This document shows positions 48,568-61,946 of a stretch of 64,000 nucleotides of DNA, piece by piece (the first letter of the stretch is position 1; each line of letters starts with the position of its first letter). Source of the stretch: Macrostomum hystrix (Eukaryota > Animalia > Platyhelminthes); the NCBI GenBank assembly GCA_950097015.1, contig CATNEN010000039.1, positions 14,942,001-15,006,000 of the forward strand, in the 5' to 3' direction. A program made the translations under genes and the position numbers. Below the pieces are notes generated by a model that worked only from the letters and a program-made list of their open reading frames with translations, ran no database searches and had not been told where the DNA came from.

Positions 48568-50565
48568 CATAGTTTCGTCAGCCGATAAGGGGGCGCCACA
48601 TAGCTTCGTCAGCCGATAAGGGGGGCGCCACATAGTTTCGTCAGCCGATAAGGGGGCGCCACATAGTTTCGTCAGCCGATAAGGGGGCGCCACATAGTTT
48701 CGTCAGCCGATAAGGGGGCGCCACATAGTTTCGTCAGCCGATAAGGGGGCGCCACATAGTTTCGTCAGCCGATAAGGGGGGCGCCACATAGTTTCGTCAG
48801 CCGATAAGGGGGGCGCCACATAGTTTCGTCAGCCGATAAGGGGGCGCCACATAGTTTCGTCAGCCGATAAGGGGGCGCCACATAGTTTCGTCAGCCGATA
48901 AGGGAGGCGCCACATAGTTTCGTCAGCCGATAAGGGAGGCGCCACATAGTTTCGTCAGCCGATAAGGGAGGCGCCACATAGTTTCGTCAGCCGATAAGGG
49001 GGCGCCACATAGTTTCGTCAGCCGATAAGGGGGCGCCACATAGTTTCGTCAGCCGATAAGGGGGCGCCACATAGTTTCGTCAGCCGATAAGGGGGGCGCC
49101 ACATAGTTTCGTCAGCCGATAAGGGGGGCGCCACATAGTTTCGTCAGCCGATAAGGGAGGCGCCACATAGTTTCGTCAGCCGATAAGGGGGCGCCACATA
49201 GTTTCGTCAGCCGATAAGGGGGGCGCCACATAGTTTCGTCAGCCGATAAGGGGGGCGCCACATAGTTTCGTCAGCCGATAAGGGGGCGCCACATAGTTTC
49301 GTCAGCCGATAAGGGAGGCGCCACATAGTTTCGTCAGCCGATAAGGGAGGCGCCACATAGTTTCGTCAGCCGATAAGGGAGGCGCCACATAGTTTCGTCA
49401 GCCGATAAGGGGGCGCCACATAGTTTCGTCAGCCGATAAGGGAGGCGCCACATAGTTTCGTCAGCCGATAAGGGAGGCGCCACATAGTTTCGTCAGCCGA
49501 TAAGGGAGGCGCCACATAGTTTCGTCAGCCGATAAGGGAGGCGCCACATAGTTTCGTCAGCCGATAAGGGAGGCGCCACATAGTTTCGTCAGCCGATAAG
49601 GGAGGCGCCACATAGTTTCGTCAGCCGATAAGGGAGGCGCCACATAGTTTCGTCAGCCGATAAGGGGGCGCCACATAGTTTCGTCAGCCGATAAGGGGAC
49701 GCCACATAGTTTCGTCAGCCGATAAGGGAGGCGCCACATAGTTTCGTCAGCCGATAAGGGAGGCGCCACATAGTTTCGTCAGCCGATAAGGGAGGCGCCA
49801 CATAGTTTCGTCAGCCGATAAGGGAGGCGCCACATAGTTTCGTCAGCCGATAAGGGGGCGCCACATAGTTTCGTCAGCCGATAAGGGGGCGCCACATAGT
49901 TTCGTCAGCCGATAAGGGAGGCGCCACATAGTTTCGTCAGCCGATAAGGGGGCGCCACATAGTTTCGTCAGCCGATAAGGGGGCGCCACATAGTTTCGTC
50001 AGCCGATAAGGGGGCGCCACATAGTTTCGTCAGCCGATAAGGGGGCGCCACATAGTTTCGTCAGCCGATAAGGGAGGCGCCACATAGTTTCGTCAGCCGA
50101 TAAGGGGGCGCCACATAGTTTCGTCAGCCGATAAGGGGACGCCACATAGTTTCGTCAGCCGATAAGGGGGGCGCCACATAGTTTCGTCAGCCGATAAGGG
50201 GGCGCCACATAGTTTCGTCAGCCGATAAGGGGGCGCCACATAGTTTCGTCAGCCGATAAGGGGGCGCCACATAGTTTCGTCAGCCGATAAGGGGGCGCCA
50301 CATAGTTTCGTCAGCCGATAAGGGGGCGCCACATAGTTTCGTCAGCCGATAAGGGGGCGCCACATAGTTTCGTCAGCCGATAAGGGGGCGCCACATAGTT
50401 TCGTCAGCCGATAAGAAGGGTGCCGCCACATAGTTTCGTCAGCCGATAAGAAGGGTGCCGCCACATAGTTTCGTCAGCCGATAAGAAGGGTGCCGCCACA
50501 TAGTTTCGTCAGCCGATAAGGGGGCGCCACATAGTTTCGTCAGCCGATAAGAAGGGTGCCGCCAC
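48568..50565. repeat. 31-32-bp minisatellite GCCACATAGTTTCGTCAGCCGATAAGGG(G/A)G(G)C (~63 copies)
   Basis: Visible tandem units; variation nearly confined to the G tract. Confidence 0.98.
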
Positions 50566-52106
50566 TAGCAGTGGGAATTAAAGACGCTACTGTCTCATTG
50601 TCGTTGCCTCGCCTCGGAGATTCTGCATAGACTATCTCCTCGTTTTAATGGTATCCTAATAGATATGGCATCTATAGTTAATAATTTAAACAATCTAGCA
50701 TCGTTTCCTAATAATACCCTGATAGGAAAAAATTTACAAAAAATCCTTAAAGATCAAACATCTCCCTTGTTCTGGTAGACTTAGGTTGATCGGGTTAAGC
50801 ATTAACTATGTAACAAGAAATTAGTAAATATCGATTAATTTATGTATGAAATTTATTTTAGAAAAATTATATAAACATCTAGCTAATATCACAGCAATCA
50901 TAAATCATTGTTGATATCTCTCAGCACGCTAACCTCTTTTAGCTGGATCGCAAGACAGATTAAACTGCAAGACTTTAGCGTCAGAAAAAAACACTGTACT
51001 TATCTACTACTAGTAGGAAACATCTGCAGAAATCTAAGAGGTGCAGCAATCAAAACACAGCAAAAGCTTATAGAAAAATAGACATTGGATTTCAGTTTTA
51101 TTAGTCTTGTTGTTACGAGAGAAGAGCAAGCAAAATATGAATAAGGAATGCAGAAGTGATTTAACAGTCAGCAAAATGGCCCGGATGTATTGAGTGTACA
51201 GGTGCATTCGGATCGAAGATGGAAAGGCCCTATTAGTATAGTGTGCGTCTAAACTAATACTTTTCGTTATAATCTCCTGAGCTAATTGTCAAATCCATGC
51301 AAGGACCAACTTCCCAAAGGCGCAGCGTGTGTGACTGTACACTGCCCTATGACGGATGATGTGTACCGGATGATGGAATAGAGATTTTTTACAATAGAAA
51401 AACAAAAAAACACATTCACATTGTTGGGACAATATAAATGAATAGAGATAGAATATATAATCAGGGTTCTTCTTAATATTAAAGCGGTTGAATATTTGAT
51501 AAAAAAATATAAAAAAACAGATTCTTTCACACGGGAATAAGAACAACACGATTATTGGAGAGCGCTTAGCAACTTTACTGTTTATTGGACGGTTAAATAC
51601 ATTTAACTATTAGTAGTAAATTAAGGCACCGATTTAAAATAACATTTTAACACGAGCTGGATAAGTAATCTCTACAGTCAGTCACAATGCCTGTCATAGT
51701 GCAATCTAAAATTAGTTTTTATGGCTCACCAATGCATCTTGGTTAACCTTCGAGGGGTAGTACTTATAGAGCCACTATGATGTAAGAAACTTGCCTATAT
51801 ATTAATAATTAAACGATTAGCTAAATAAAAATCAATTATGAAAACAGTTAGCAAGCGCGAACAGGTGCACAAGCTAAGCTAATTTCTAGGCATCAAAATA
51901 AGAGGCGCCAAAGCCAGATTGAAGATAGCAAATTAGGAAAGACTGGGTCAAGCCAAATTCAATCGATTATTATGGGCGAACTTTCTTATTGACATTAGAT
52001 AATCCATAAGTGCGGAATAAATACACACACACACACAGAAACACGATAATCCCAGCACGACTGTTTTAGCTGTCAGGTAAGCATTGAATTCTAGGGCGCT
52101 TTCAAA

Positions 52107-53291
52107 TCAAATCTTTGGCAGCTTGGAAGCAGCCACAAGCGGATTGGCTTCGCGCAGCAGTCGCCTGCCCTCCGATTTGAAATCAAAAGTGCAGGCGTGC
52201 GCCTCCGGGTAGCGATGCTTTGTGCAGTAGTTGAAGCCGCACCGGCAGCCGTAGGTAGTGGCCGGCCCAGTGCGCTTCTTGCACGCCGCGCAGCGAGCTG
52301 GCGACGACGCTGTTTTCGCGTCTTCGTCAACGGCTGATGCGCCGCCGATGGGCTCCGCTGGCGGCATCGGCGGCAGACGTAGGCCGGACTTCGCCCGGCC
52401 AGCCAGCAGGCGGCCAGTGGAAGGGCGAAGCGGCGGCGGAGGAGGAGGCGTCTCCTGTTTCTGTTGCAGCCTCTGTGAAGGTGCCGGAAGCGTCTGCGCT
52501 GCCGAGGCTTGCTCCGATTGCGTTGCCGGAGGCGGAAGCAGAGGCGGCAGGCGCCTGTAGGTGCGCTGCAGCGGCAGCGGAGGTGGCGGAGGAACCGGTC
52601 GCTGTAAAATAGTTTCAACGGGACTAGCAGAAACAGCAGTTTCGGCGCTGGTGGCCGTAGAGGCAGCAGCGGCTGCGGCTCTGGCCTGCCGGTCCAGGCG
52701 AACCTTCTTCATCTCCTGCTGAAGGTTTTTCATCTTGTCTTGCAGGGCCCGCCCGCTGTTCGGTGGCTCGTCCGAGCGCTGCTGCTGCTGGAGGCTGTCC
52801 CTATCGCGCCTGGAGCGGCTGCCGCTCCCAATCCAGCCGGCGCGCGACCCAGCACTGTCTATGGCCGCAAGTGCGGCGCGCGACCCAGCACTGTCTATGG
52901 CCGCAAGTGGACTGCCCCCGCCACCTCCGCCGCCGCCGAGTAGCTTGTAGAACTCTAACTGTTCGCCGTCACGCAAGACAACTAGCGTCACGTGACGCCC
53001 AGAGCTTGCATCAGCAACAGGCGGATCGTCGGGCGGTATCAGAATGCGTCTGGTGTTGATTGGCCCACCGCGCATTCCGAGAACCAGCTTCAGTTTGCTG
53101 CCCGACGGAATGAGATAGTCCTGTAGGCACAGGTCGTCATTTAACTCGTGGTTATTCCAGATGAGATGCTGCTGGCTGATTGGAATGCCCTCCATGCGCT
53201 GCAGCTTCGCTTTGACAGCTAAAACTGTCTCATAAGGAGACACTCGTACCTCAAATACTGTGCCAGAGAGACTTTCGATGTATAAGTCCAT
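52107..53291 (-). CDS. ZFAND4: AN1-type zinc finger protein 4 (ubiquitin-like domain + AN1 finger), 394 aa
   Basis: N-terminal UBL MDLYIESLSGTVFEVRVSPYETV...LVLGMRGGP; C-terminal CAACKKR...CRCG...YCTKHRYPEAHAC...KLPKI. Confidence 0.93.
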   Translation of the reverse strand: MDLYIESLSGTVFEVRVSPYETVLAVKAKLQRMEGIPISQQHLIWNNHELNDDLCLQDYLIPSGSKLKLVLGMRGGPINTRRILIPPDDPPVADASSGRHVTLVVLRDGEQLEFYKLLGGGGGGGGSPLAAIDSAGSRAALAAIDSAGSRAGWIGSGSRSRRDRDSLQQQQRSDEPPNSGRALQDKMKNLQQEMKKVRLDRQARAAAAAASTATSAETAVSASPVETILQRPVPPPPPLPLQRTYRRLPPLLPPPATQSEQASAAQTLPAPSQRLQQKQETPPPPPPLRPSTGRLLAGRAKSGLRLPPMPPAEPIGGASAVDEDAKTASSPARCAACKKRTGPATTYGCRCGFNYCTKHRYPEAHACTFDFKSEGRRLLREANPLVAASKLPKI

Positions 53292-53870
53292 TGTTGCCAG
53301 GCAGGCACTCAGGTAGTGGTAAGTATTAGAGATTAGGCTACTTTTTGTTAATGAGCTAGATCTGCAACAACATAATAATAGGCATAGCTAGGCTTACTCC
53401 TGATCTAAGCCATCTCTTCAGCAAATGAATCTGAAAAAAGTAAAACATTTCTTTAAAATAGTTAGGAATTTCAGAGTTCAGAATAATGATTAATAGCTAT
53501 AAACAACTTAAAATTAGTTTAAAACACTTAAAAAATGCTAAATGTTTTAACCTATTGGTCAGTTACAGTTAGTTGTTTAAAAAACTTACCTTTAATGCCT
53601 ATTAATTTTTGCTTTCAATTTTCTATTAAAGTAAACTGTTGAATTTATTTAAGTTAAAAACAGACTGTAACTGAATTTGAAAAAAGCTATGGTATGCATA
53701 ATATTTAATAGCATATTTGCCATTGAAAACTAACCCAACTAACTAACTCAACCCAAATTAGCTAAGATTAGCTAATTGGACCATATGCTTGAACGTATTC
53801 ATAGAAAAACTTAGCAAACTATAAATTGATAAAATGTAAAGAGCAAATTGCAAGAAAAATTATATATATA

Positions 53871-55465
53871 CAAGGGATACTCCAAAAGTTTTGCAATTCG
53901 ACTATATTTAGTTGATTATTCAAAAGTTTCACATCATAGTCCTTCAAAGTATTCTCCCCGGAATAGCAGACACTTGTGCGCTCGCCCGAGCCATTTGTCC
54001 ATGAAGCCCTGGAACGCTTCATCCGGATGCTGTGAATCGCCTCCATTGCCGCTTGTTCCAGCTCCTCATCAGACTGAAATCTGCGCCCCCTGAGAGACTT
54101 TTTTATTTCTGGAAAGAGCCAGAAGTCGCAGGGGGCCAGGTCTGGTGAGTAGGGCGGGTGCGGCAGCGTTCCGATGCCCTGCTGGTCCAGAAAGGCTCGA
54201 GTAGCAGCAGCAGTGTGAGCTGGGGCGTTGTCGTGATGAAGCTTTCGCCCTCACATTCCCATCCTTGGAGCCCGCTGTGTCACGCTGTTGATAACAACTG
54301 GCAAGCTATCTTCAGTGTACCAACAGGCAGTCACTGTGGCTTGTCCCTCCAGCTTCACCATCGCTACCAGGCCTTGGGAGTTGAAGAAGATGGCGAACAT
54401 CCGCTTGCCCTGGGACCGGGACCGCCTTGCTTTCAAGGGTCGCTGACCACCTTCTGGCACCCACTCTGCACTGCTGCACTTTGTTTCGATGTCATAATGG
54501 TACAGGAAAGTTTCGTCACCTGTGATGACCTCTGAGCGCCGCTGGTGGTTGCCATGCTCGTAGTGATCGATGAGAAAGTGGCAGAACTCCATCCGGGCCT
54601 GCTTCTGGGCATTCGTCAGGATGTGGGGTATCCACCTGGCTCACAGCTTCCTGACCTTCAGGTGGTCATGAAGAATAGTATCGACTGCTGCCGATCCAAT
54701 GCCAATATTCACAGCAATCATTTCAGTTGTGATTCGTGGGTCTTGCTCGATCAGTTCCTGCACTGCAGCAATGTTTTCGTCAATAACTGCAGTCGAAGGT
54801 CTTCCAGACCGAGGATCATCCAAAAATTTGATCTTGCCAGCTTGGAACTCTCGGTACCAGCAAGTAACCATGGCATATGATGGTGCTTGGGTGTCTAATG
54901 CTGCCACTAACTCGGCATGAGCCTCAGTGCACTGAGCTTTCGCTTGTGGCAGTACCAAACATACATGCGCAACCTCCCAAATCTTAGCCGGCCGTGCGAC
55001 TTAGTTTTTGCTCTCATTTGCGACTTAGTTCATTTCATTGCTCTATTTATGACTTAGTTTGCTCTCATTTGCTCTCTTTTTCTCTCCCCTTTTTCCTTTT
55101 CTTCACGCCTTCCTTTTTTGTCCCTTGGTCCCCCCTTTGATTTTTTTGCGCTTGGTCTATTGGTTTTTGCGACTTACCTTGCTTGGCCCTTGTTTCACCC
55201 GGCCGGTTCGGCCGGGTCGGCCGGGTGTTGCGCATGTATGGTACCAAATCAGTAGCCGATTTTGCTCAGGATTCAGCTCTATGGCTAGCGCTGTACAGTC
55301 TAAGAGTCACTAACTTTTACTGTGGGCTGTGCGGGTCAATTTATATGAATCTGCTTGAAAATTGAAGTGAGAGCTAAGTACATGTGCCTTGTGCAGTGGA
55401 TGAATTTTGGCGATCATATGATGTACGTAAGTGGTCGAATTGCAAAACTTTTGGAGTGTCCCTCG
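53871..55465 (-). mobile_element. Mariner (DD34D) transposon, decayed, interrupted by a hAT MITE
   Basis: 32-bp TIR C(A/G)AGGGA(T/C)ACTCCAAAAGTTTTGCAATTCGAC, TA flanks; transposase remnants DDPRSGRP, ITGDET, HHDNAP, YSPDLAPCDFWLF; start codon apparently mutated to ATA (~55282); frameshifts. Confidence 0.93.
54960..55240 (+). mobile_element. hAT-type MITE copy 2
   Basis: Perfect 14-bp TIR CATACATGCGCAAC; 8-bp TSD GTACCAAA. Confidence 0.95.
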
Positions 55466-56185
55466 TATTTATTCATGATTTAGTTTTAAATTGTGGCTAA
55501 GTGTATAATATTAACTTTTTATGTCACATTAAATATTATATCTAGCAATTTAGGGGGTACTTTATTTGGCCAAATAACTTTTCACAAAAAGTAAGTTGTG
55601 AAAAGTTTAAAAGCCCAGGCAAGGCAAGCATATAAACTAAAGAAGTGAATATCACAAATAATGAAGGGATATATGCACTGGAAAATAACAAGTATTACTG
55701 ATTGTAAATACCATCCATAAATTATTTATAGTATAAGTACAATACAAAATCCTTTTCTGATTATGGACTAAGATTCATAAAAGTTCAACTTTTTGGATTC
55801 ACTAAAATCTTTCACTGTCTTTAATTACAATATAGATAAAAATAGTACATTTACTACACATAAAATTAGTGGCTTTTAAAGATCTATAAGACTAGCGAGA
55901 AATGAAAATGTTGCCGTCAAATCAGTCAATTTGTTTACAGAAGTAAAATATACGGTTCTGTTTATGTCGATAATTCTATTTTCGTTGGCAACTTGAAATG
56001 TATGTTTCTGAAGCAATAAATTGTAAGTATATATATCAAACAAAAGAATACGCTTACTTATATAGCGTGACTTTTTTAAAACGATGGAAATAGTTTATGT
56101 CAAAATTTGCATAAAGTATTTTGTTAAAATAAGTTACAGAATATTCAATTTCTGCGAGTCATCGTGCCGCCGATATTTTTATTAA

Positions 56186-56679
56186 GGCAGTGCTTATCCC
56201 CACGGTACCGTAGAAATAATTTTTGTCTTATTCCTACGGTACCGTGGGAATAATTTCCTGCTTATCCGCACGGCATACTGACGAGATAGCTGTCCTATCA
56301 TCTATCTTTTTATCATGACTGCAATTTTCCTTTTTTTCTTCCGGTTTTTAAAAGCAAGTAAACAAATTAAAGTTTTCTGCTTTTTTCGCAAGTAGTTACC
56401 CAGTATGGTGGCTTTTTTAAGTATATAAAATATATATTTCTAATATTTATATATTCAAAAGAATACAACTGAAGTGTGCATTTTTCTAATCTTATAGCTC
56501 AAGCCTTCTAAGTCTATAATCCAGTCTATTACTTTATTCTAGGCCAAGTTAAAATAGGTCCATAAAAAATGTCTGACAGTGCCAACGGAATATGTTAAAG
56601 ATAGGACAGCTATCTTGTCAGTGTGCCGTGCGGATAAGCAGGAAATTATTCCCACGGTACCGTGGGGATAAGCACTGCC
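56186..56679. mobile_element. MULE-like MITE with long TIRs
   Basis: GGCAGTGCTTATCC...GGATAAGCACTGCC; 9-bp TSD TTTTATTAA; arms contain the palindrome CCCACGGTACCGTGGG. Confidence 0.85.
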
Positions 56680-57707
56680 TTTTATTAATATTAAAGATCA
56701 TATTTATGATCTTCACAGATCTTTATGTAAGTAGTATTTGTTCACTATAAATAACGCGATTATGGATGAATCTATAATCAGTGCCCAATTCAATTTCGAA
56801 CTATATCTCTTAAAGTATTGAAATGACACTTTAATTACTTTCATTTAACAGGTATTGACTAATATTTATTTATCGAAATCGCAGATCGCAGATTATATTA
56901 CATTACATTACATTAGGGGCCTATTTAGCTAATTTCAAGAAGAATATGCAACTTTAGAACCATGGGGCAATAAATACCGCTGTTTGGCTTGTAGTATGCA
57001 TAACTAAATAGCATAGGTAGTTTCATTGGGTGCTGGTCACTTTGTCAACTGCCATTTGTCAAATGGTGTGTACATGTAAGCTCATGCACATCAGGACATT
57101 AGCGACATTTTACCGCGCAATAAAAACCACTAACTTTACCGCATAGTAATGCCAACACATTACCCTGCAGTGAAGTTAGCTGTTTTTACCGCACTGTTTA
57201 TAACATGTAAAAAACCACACTGTTTAACAAACCTTAGGCCTATCTATTATGCGGTAGACTATGTGGAATTTATCACACTGTTTAAATTTTTTTCCCATAG
57301 GCCTATTTTTCAACTCTTGTCAATTAAATCCTCTGCCTTTATTAGTATCTCTGCCCCACCTCCCCACTTGTACTGAATTACAAACCAATCTGTAAGCACA
57401 ACACACATTTGATCCCCAATGTATATCATATTTTGCATGGCTTTTAAGATCTATATTTTAACTCTTATTGGGCTCAAAGTGAGAATATTGGATTTGCTGT
57501 CTACACCTATAACTGATTTTCAAAGTTGTGCTATTGCACTAGGTCAACTGTTTATTAGAGGTAAAGTGTCTTTCCTAAAGTCAATTATTATGAGGTAGGG
57601 ATAATTAATAACAAATTGTCCAAAGAGTGGATAACAAAGTGTTTGATGATTGGATGACAAAGTTTTAAGATGAAGATGTATAGATGTGTCTAATATTTAG
57701 TTAGGGC

Positions 57708-58197
57708 CATACATGCGCAACCTTCCAAACATAGATGCGCAACACCCGGCCAACCTGGGTGAAACGAGGGCCAAGCAAGGTAAGTCGCAAAAACCAATTG
57801 ACCAAGCGCAAAAAAATCAAAGGGGGACCAAGGGACAAAAAAGGAAGGTGTGAAGAAAAGGAAAGAGGGAGAGAAAATGAGAGCAAACTAAGTCGCATGG
57901 CCGGCTAAGATTTGGGAGGTTGCGCATGTATGCTCCCAAATCTTAGCCGGCCGTGCGACTTAGTTTTTGCTCTCATTTGCGACTTAGTTCGTTTCATTGC
58001 TCTATTTACAGCTTAGTTTGCTCTCATTTGCTCTTTTTCTCTCCCCTCTTTCCTTTTCTTCACGCCTTCCTTTTTTGTCCCTTGGTCCTCCCTTTGATTT
58101 TTTTGTGCTTGGTCGATTGGTTTTTGCGACTTACCTTGCTTGGCCCTTGTTTCACCCAGCTGGTTTGGCCTGGTTGGCCGGGTGTTGCGCATGTATG
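57708..58197 (+). mobile_element. hAT-type MITE copy 3 containing inverted, internally deleted copy 4 (57730-57932)
   Basis: Outer TSD GTTAGGGC; inner TSD CT(T/C)CCAAA; four TIRs visible. Confidence 0.92.
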
Positions 58198-59954
58198 GTT
58201 AGGGCCGATGACAAATGGTAAGATGACAAGTGTTTAGGAATGGTACCTGGACACTTCGTCATCTTACAACTTGGTCATCCAGATGACAATCTGTATAATA
58301 TCTCAGAGGGTGGATGACAAAGAGACTTAGACTTGTAGACACTTCATCATCTATAAAACAAAAGTTTTCAAAGTTAGAACAGAACCACCCCTCTCCACCC
58401 CTCCTCACATCATGTTGGAACCTATCTTTCAACTCTTACAATGAAATCAGTTTTGACACTTCTTTTTGACAATTAAGAGTATGAAGTGTGTTCACACCTC
58501 TGCCCCACCACGGCACCCTAACCTTATTGAGATGACCTTGATTGCTTGTTATTAGTAGATGATGAACTGACCAAACTTTAAAGCATGCCAATTGGCTGGA
58601 TGACAAAGTGTCCTACCTTCCAAGTGGATAACAAAGTTGTAAGATGGGTTAGATGACAAAGTGTCCTACCTTCCAAGTGGATAACAAAGTTGTAAGATGG
58701 GTTAGATGACAAAGTGTCTAGGATCCTTTAGGAATCACATCAAGTGGCTAGCTTTGCAGTAGAGTGATATAAATAGTGTTTTGTTGTTTTTTTACTTTTT
58801 ATTACAATTTAATATAAGATATTTAATTACATTTCAGTAAATTATAGAATTATAGACTACACAGAATGATAAAAGGTAAAATAAAAATAAAAGACTAAAT
58901 TAATGCCAATTAGCTCTTAACTTGACCTGAACTTGGCAATCTTCTAGTTTCACACATTTAATTCAACTTGATTTAGCAAAACAGTTTTAACAACTTAATT
59001 ATAAAAATATATATAATAATGGCTAATAACCAACAACTAACAAGCCACTTAGATGTCATACAAGTAGTACACTCAGATGGCATTGTATTCTGCCACCCAG
59101 AAAATGGTGCCAATTGTAACAAGGTAGGTACCTTGTAGGTAGATATTCGATTGTTTATTTGTTGCATTTGTTTTCTATATTGTGACTTTTTTAATATAGT
59201 ATAGAAGAATCTAATTTCAGTGCTGAAACAAATATTACAAACAATCCTCATGCATTTTTATGTTAGGATTGCCATGCTATAGGGTTTCTGGTCTTTTTGT
59301 CTGTTATTTATTTGTCTTTTGAATACTTTTTACAAACTCATCTGCCATTAAGATATTTGAAACAAAGTCATTTGCTATGATCCATTGTTGTATGTTGCAA
59401 TAGAATTGTAATAAGCTATGTTTTGTTTCTTGAATCAGTTTCTCTGACAATGTCATCCCTTGCCACTAAACTTGGGGCCAAACCTCCTGACACTGCTTTC
59501 ATGCTTTCCTTCTTAGACACATTCTGACAATAGCACTTTAAGCAATTTCAATTTCAATTTTTATATTATCAGACATATTTTTTGTGTATTAGTGATTGAT
59601 TATTTTTAGCTTGCATAGTGATGCCTAGGCTACTAGCCCTAATAATCATATATTATTGTTGCTAAGTAAAGTAACAGTAAATTGCAACCAGTTTTTTTCA
59701 TATAAACATAACATTTTCAATCTGCATTTTATCAGAAGTTTGAATTATTTAATTTATTGCTAGTCATTGTTATTTTTTAATTTTTGAACAATTTTCGCAA
59801 CTATTGATATACTACTGCCTGTGAGTAACTGTTGAAGACTATTTCTAAATCATCGCTTGATTTATTTCAGAAAGTGAGTTTACTCCGGTAACAACGGCAA
59901 AATTAAGTTTGCAGATCAGTCATTAATTAAGCAAGGAAAGCTAAATTAGAAGTT

Positions 59955-61946
59955 ATGTCTCGCTACGATCGCGCTATCACCGTATTCTCCCCAGATGGTC
60001 ACCTATTCCAAGTGGAATACGCCCAGGAGGCCGTCAAGAAAGGCTCCACCGCCGTTGGCATTCGCGGCGCCACCTGCGCCGTTCTAGCCGTTGAAAAGAA
60101 GGCCGCAGCCAAGCTTCAGGACGATCGCACAGTGCGCAAGATGGCCCTGCTAGATAATCACGTGGCCATGGCATTCGCCGGCCTAACTGCCGATGCCAGA
60201 ATTTTAATTAATCGAGCCCGAGTCGAATGTAAATCTCACCGATTAACAGTAGAAGATCCCGTCACTTTGGAGTACATTGCTCGTTTTGTGGCCGGTATTA
60301 AGCAGAAGTACACCCAATCCACCGGACGCAGACCGTTCGGTCTTTCGACTCTACTAGTCGGCTTTAACACTGACGGTAGTCCGCATCTCTACTGCACAGA
60401 TCCTTCCGGCGCCTACAATGAATGGCTAGCCAATGCTGTTGGAAAGAATGATAAGACAGTGCGAGAGTTTCTGGAGAAGGTGAGGCCCTAATCTCTTTGC
60501 TGGCTGTTGGTAATTGTCATGTCTGTCTTGTTGTGGAATTACCCACTGTCTTGATTTGCATGTTTCATTTCTTGGTGCGTCATGATCTAGAAGTCTTCTT
60601 GCCTGTTCTTGATGTCCTTCGTGCCTGTTCTTGATGTCCTTCGTGCCTATTCTAGATGTCCTTTAGTCTGTTCTTGATGTCCTTCGTGCCTGTTCTTAAT
60701 GTCCATCGTGCCTGTTCTTGATGTCCTTCGTGCCTGTTCTTGATGTCCTTCGTGCCTGTTCTTGGTGTCCTTCGTGGTTGTTCTTGATGTCCTTCGTGCC
60801 TGTTCTTGATGTCCTTCGTGGTTGTTCTTGATGTCCTTCGTGGTTGTTCTTGATGTCCTTCGTGCCTGTTCTTGATGTCCTTCGTGCCTGTTCTTGATGT
60901 CCTTCGTGCCTGTTCTTGATGTCCTTCGTGCCTGTTCTTGATGTCCTTCGTGCCTATTCTAGATGTCCTTTAGTCTGTTCTTGATGTCCTTCGTGCCTAT
61001 TCTAGATGTCCTTTAGTCTGTTCTTGATGTCCTTCGTGCCTGTTCTTAATGTCCATCGTGCCTGTTCTTGATGTCCTTCGTGGTTGTTCTTGATGTCCTT
61101 CGTGCCTGTTCTTGATGTCCTTCGTGGTTGTTCTTGATGTCCTTCGTGGTTGTTCTTGATGTCCTTCGTGCCTGTTCTTGATGTCCTTCGTGTCTGTTCT
61201 TGATGTCCTTCGTGCCTGTTCTTGATGTCCTTCGTGCCTGTTCTTGATGTCCTTCGTGCCTGTTCTTGATGTCCTTCGTGCCTGTTCTTGATGTCCTTCG
61301 TGCCTGTTCTTGATGTCCTTCGTGCCTGTTCTTGATGTCCTTCGTGTCTGTTCTTGATGTCCTTCGTGCCTGTTCTTGATGTCCTTCGTGCCTGTTCTTG
61401 ATGTCCTTCGTGCCTGTTCTTGATGTTCGATATGTATTTATGTCTGTTCTAAATGCATTTGTGTCGGTTGTAGATGTTTTTCCTTCTTTTCTAGCTTCTT
61501 TTCAGTCTGTTTTAGACATTATTCAATCTGTTCTGGATATTATTTAGTCTGTTCTGGAATCTAGATGACCTCTAGTCTGTTCTACATGTTATCCAGTTTG
61601 TTGTGAATGTTCGTTGGCGGTGTCCTTACTTGTACTTTAAAACACATTTTCTGTGAATACCAGTTTTAGTGTTTAGTATTTTACGCTCAGAATGCTCTTT
61701 CCACCTGACCAGGTGTACACACCCGAGGCCGTTGCAGACGAAGTTGGCGCCATCAAGCTGGCACTGCGCGCTATTCTAGAAGTAGTGCAGAGCGGCGCCA
61801 AAAATGTCGACCTCGGTGTCATGCGCTGCCGCGACGGCGTCCCGGAATGGGAGATTTTGCCGGCCGAGCGCCTGTCAGCCCTCATGACCGAGATCGAAGC
61901 GGAACGAGAGGCCGAAGCTGAAAAGAAGCGAGCCAGGAAGGAATAA
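59955..61946 (+). CDS. PSMA7: Proteasome subunit alpha type-7 (alpha4), exons 59955-60479 and 61713-61946, 252 aa
   Basis: [35 protein letters not shown]; [11 protein letters not shown]; phase-0 intron. Confidence 0.97.
60600..61427. repeat. 22-bp minisatellite GTGCCTGTTCTTGATGTCCTTC (~37 copies) in the PSMA7 intron
   Basis: Visible tandem units. Confidence 0.96.

Noticed and set aside
48568-50565. CRISPR-like appearance and hammerhead-like CTGACGA/GAAA motif on the minus strand
   Set aside because: Units are head-to-tail with no unique spacers and no cas genes; the two hammerhead boxes overlap with no stem II/III or cleavage triplet geometry.
57590-58720. Scattered GATGACAAAGT motifs and a ~54-bp duplication around the nested MITE
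   Set aside because: Probably an old degenerate element, but no termini or TSD could be defined.
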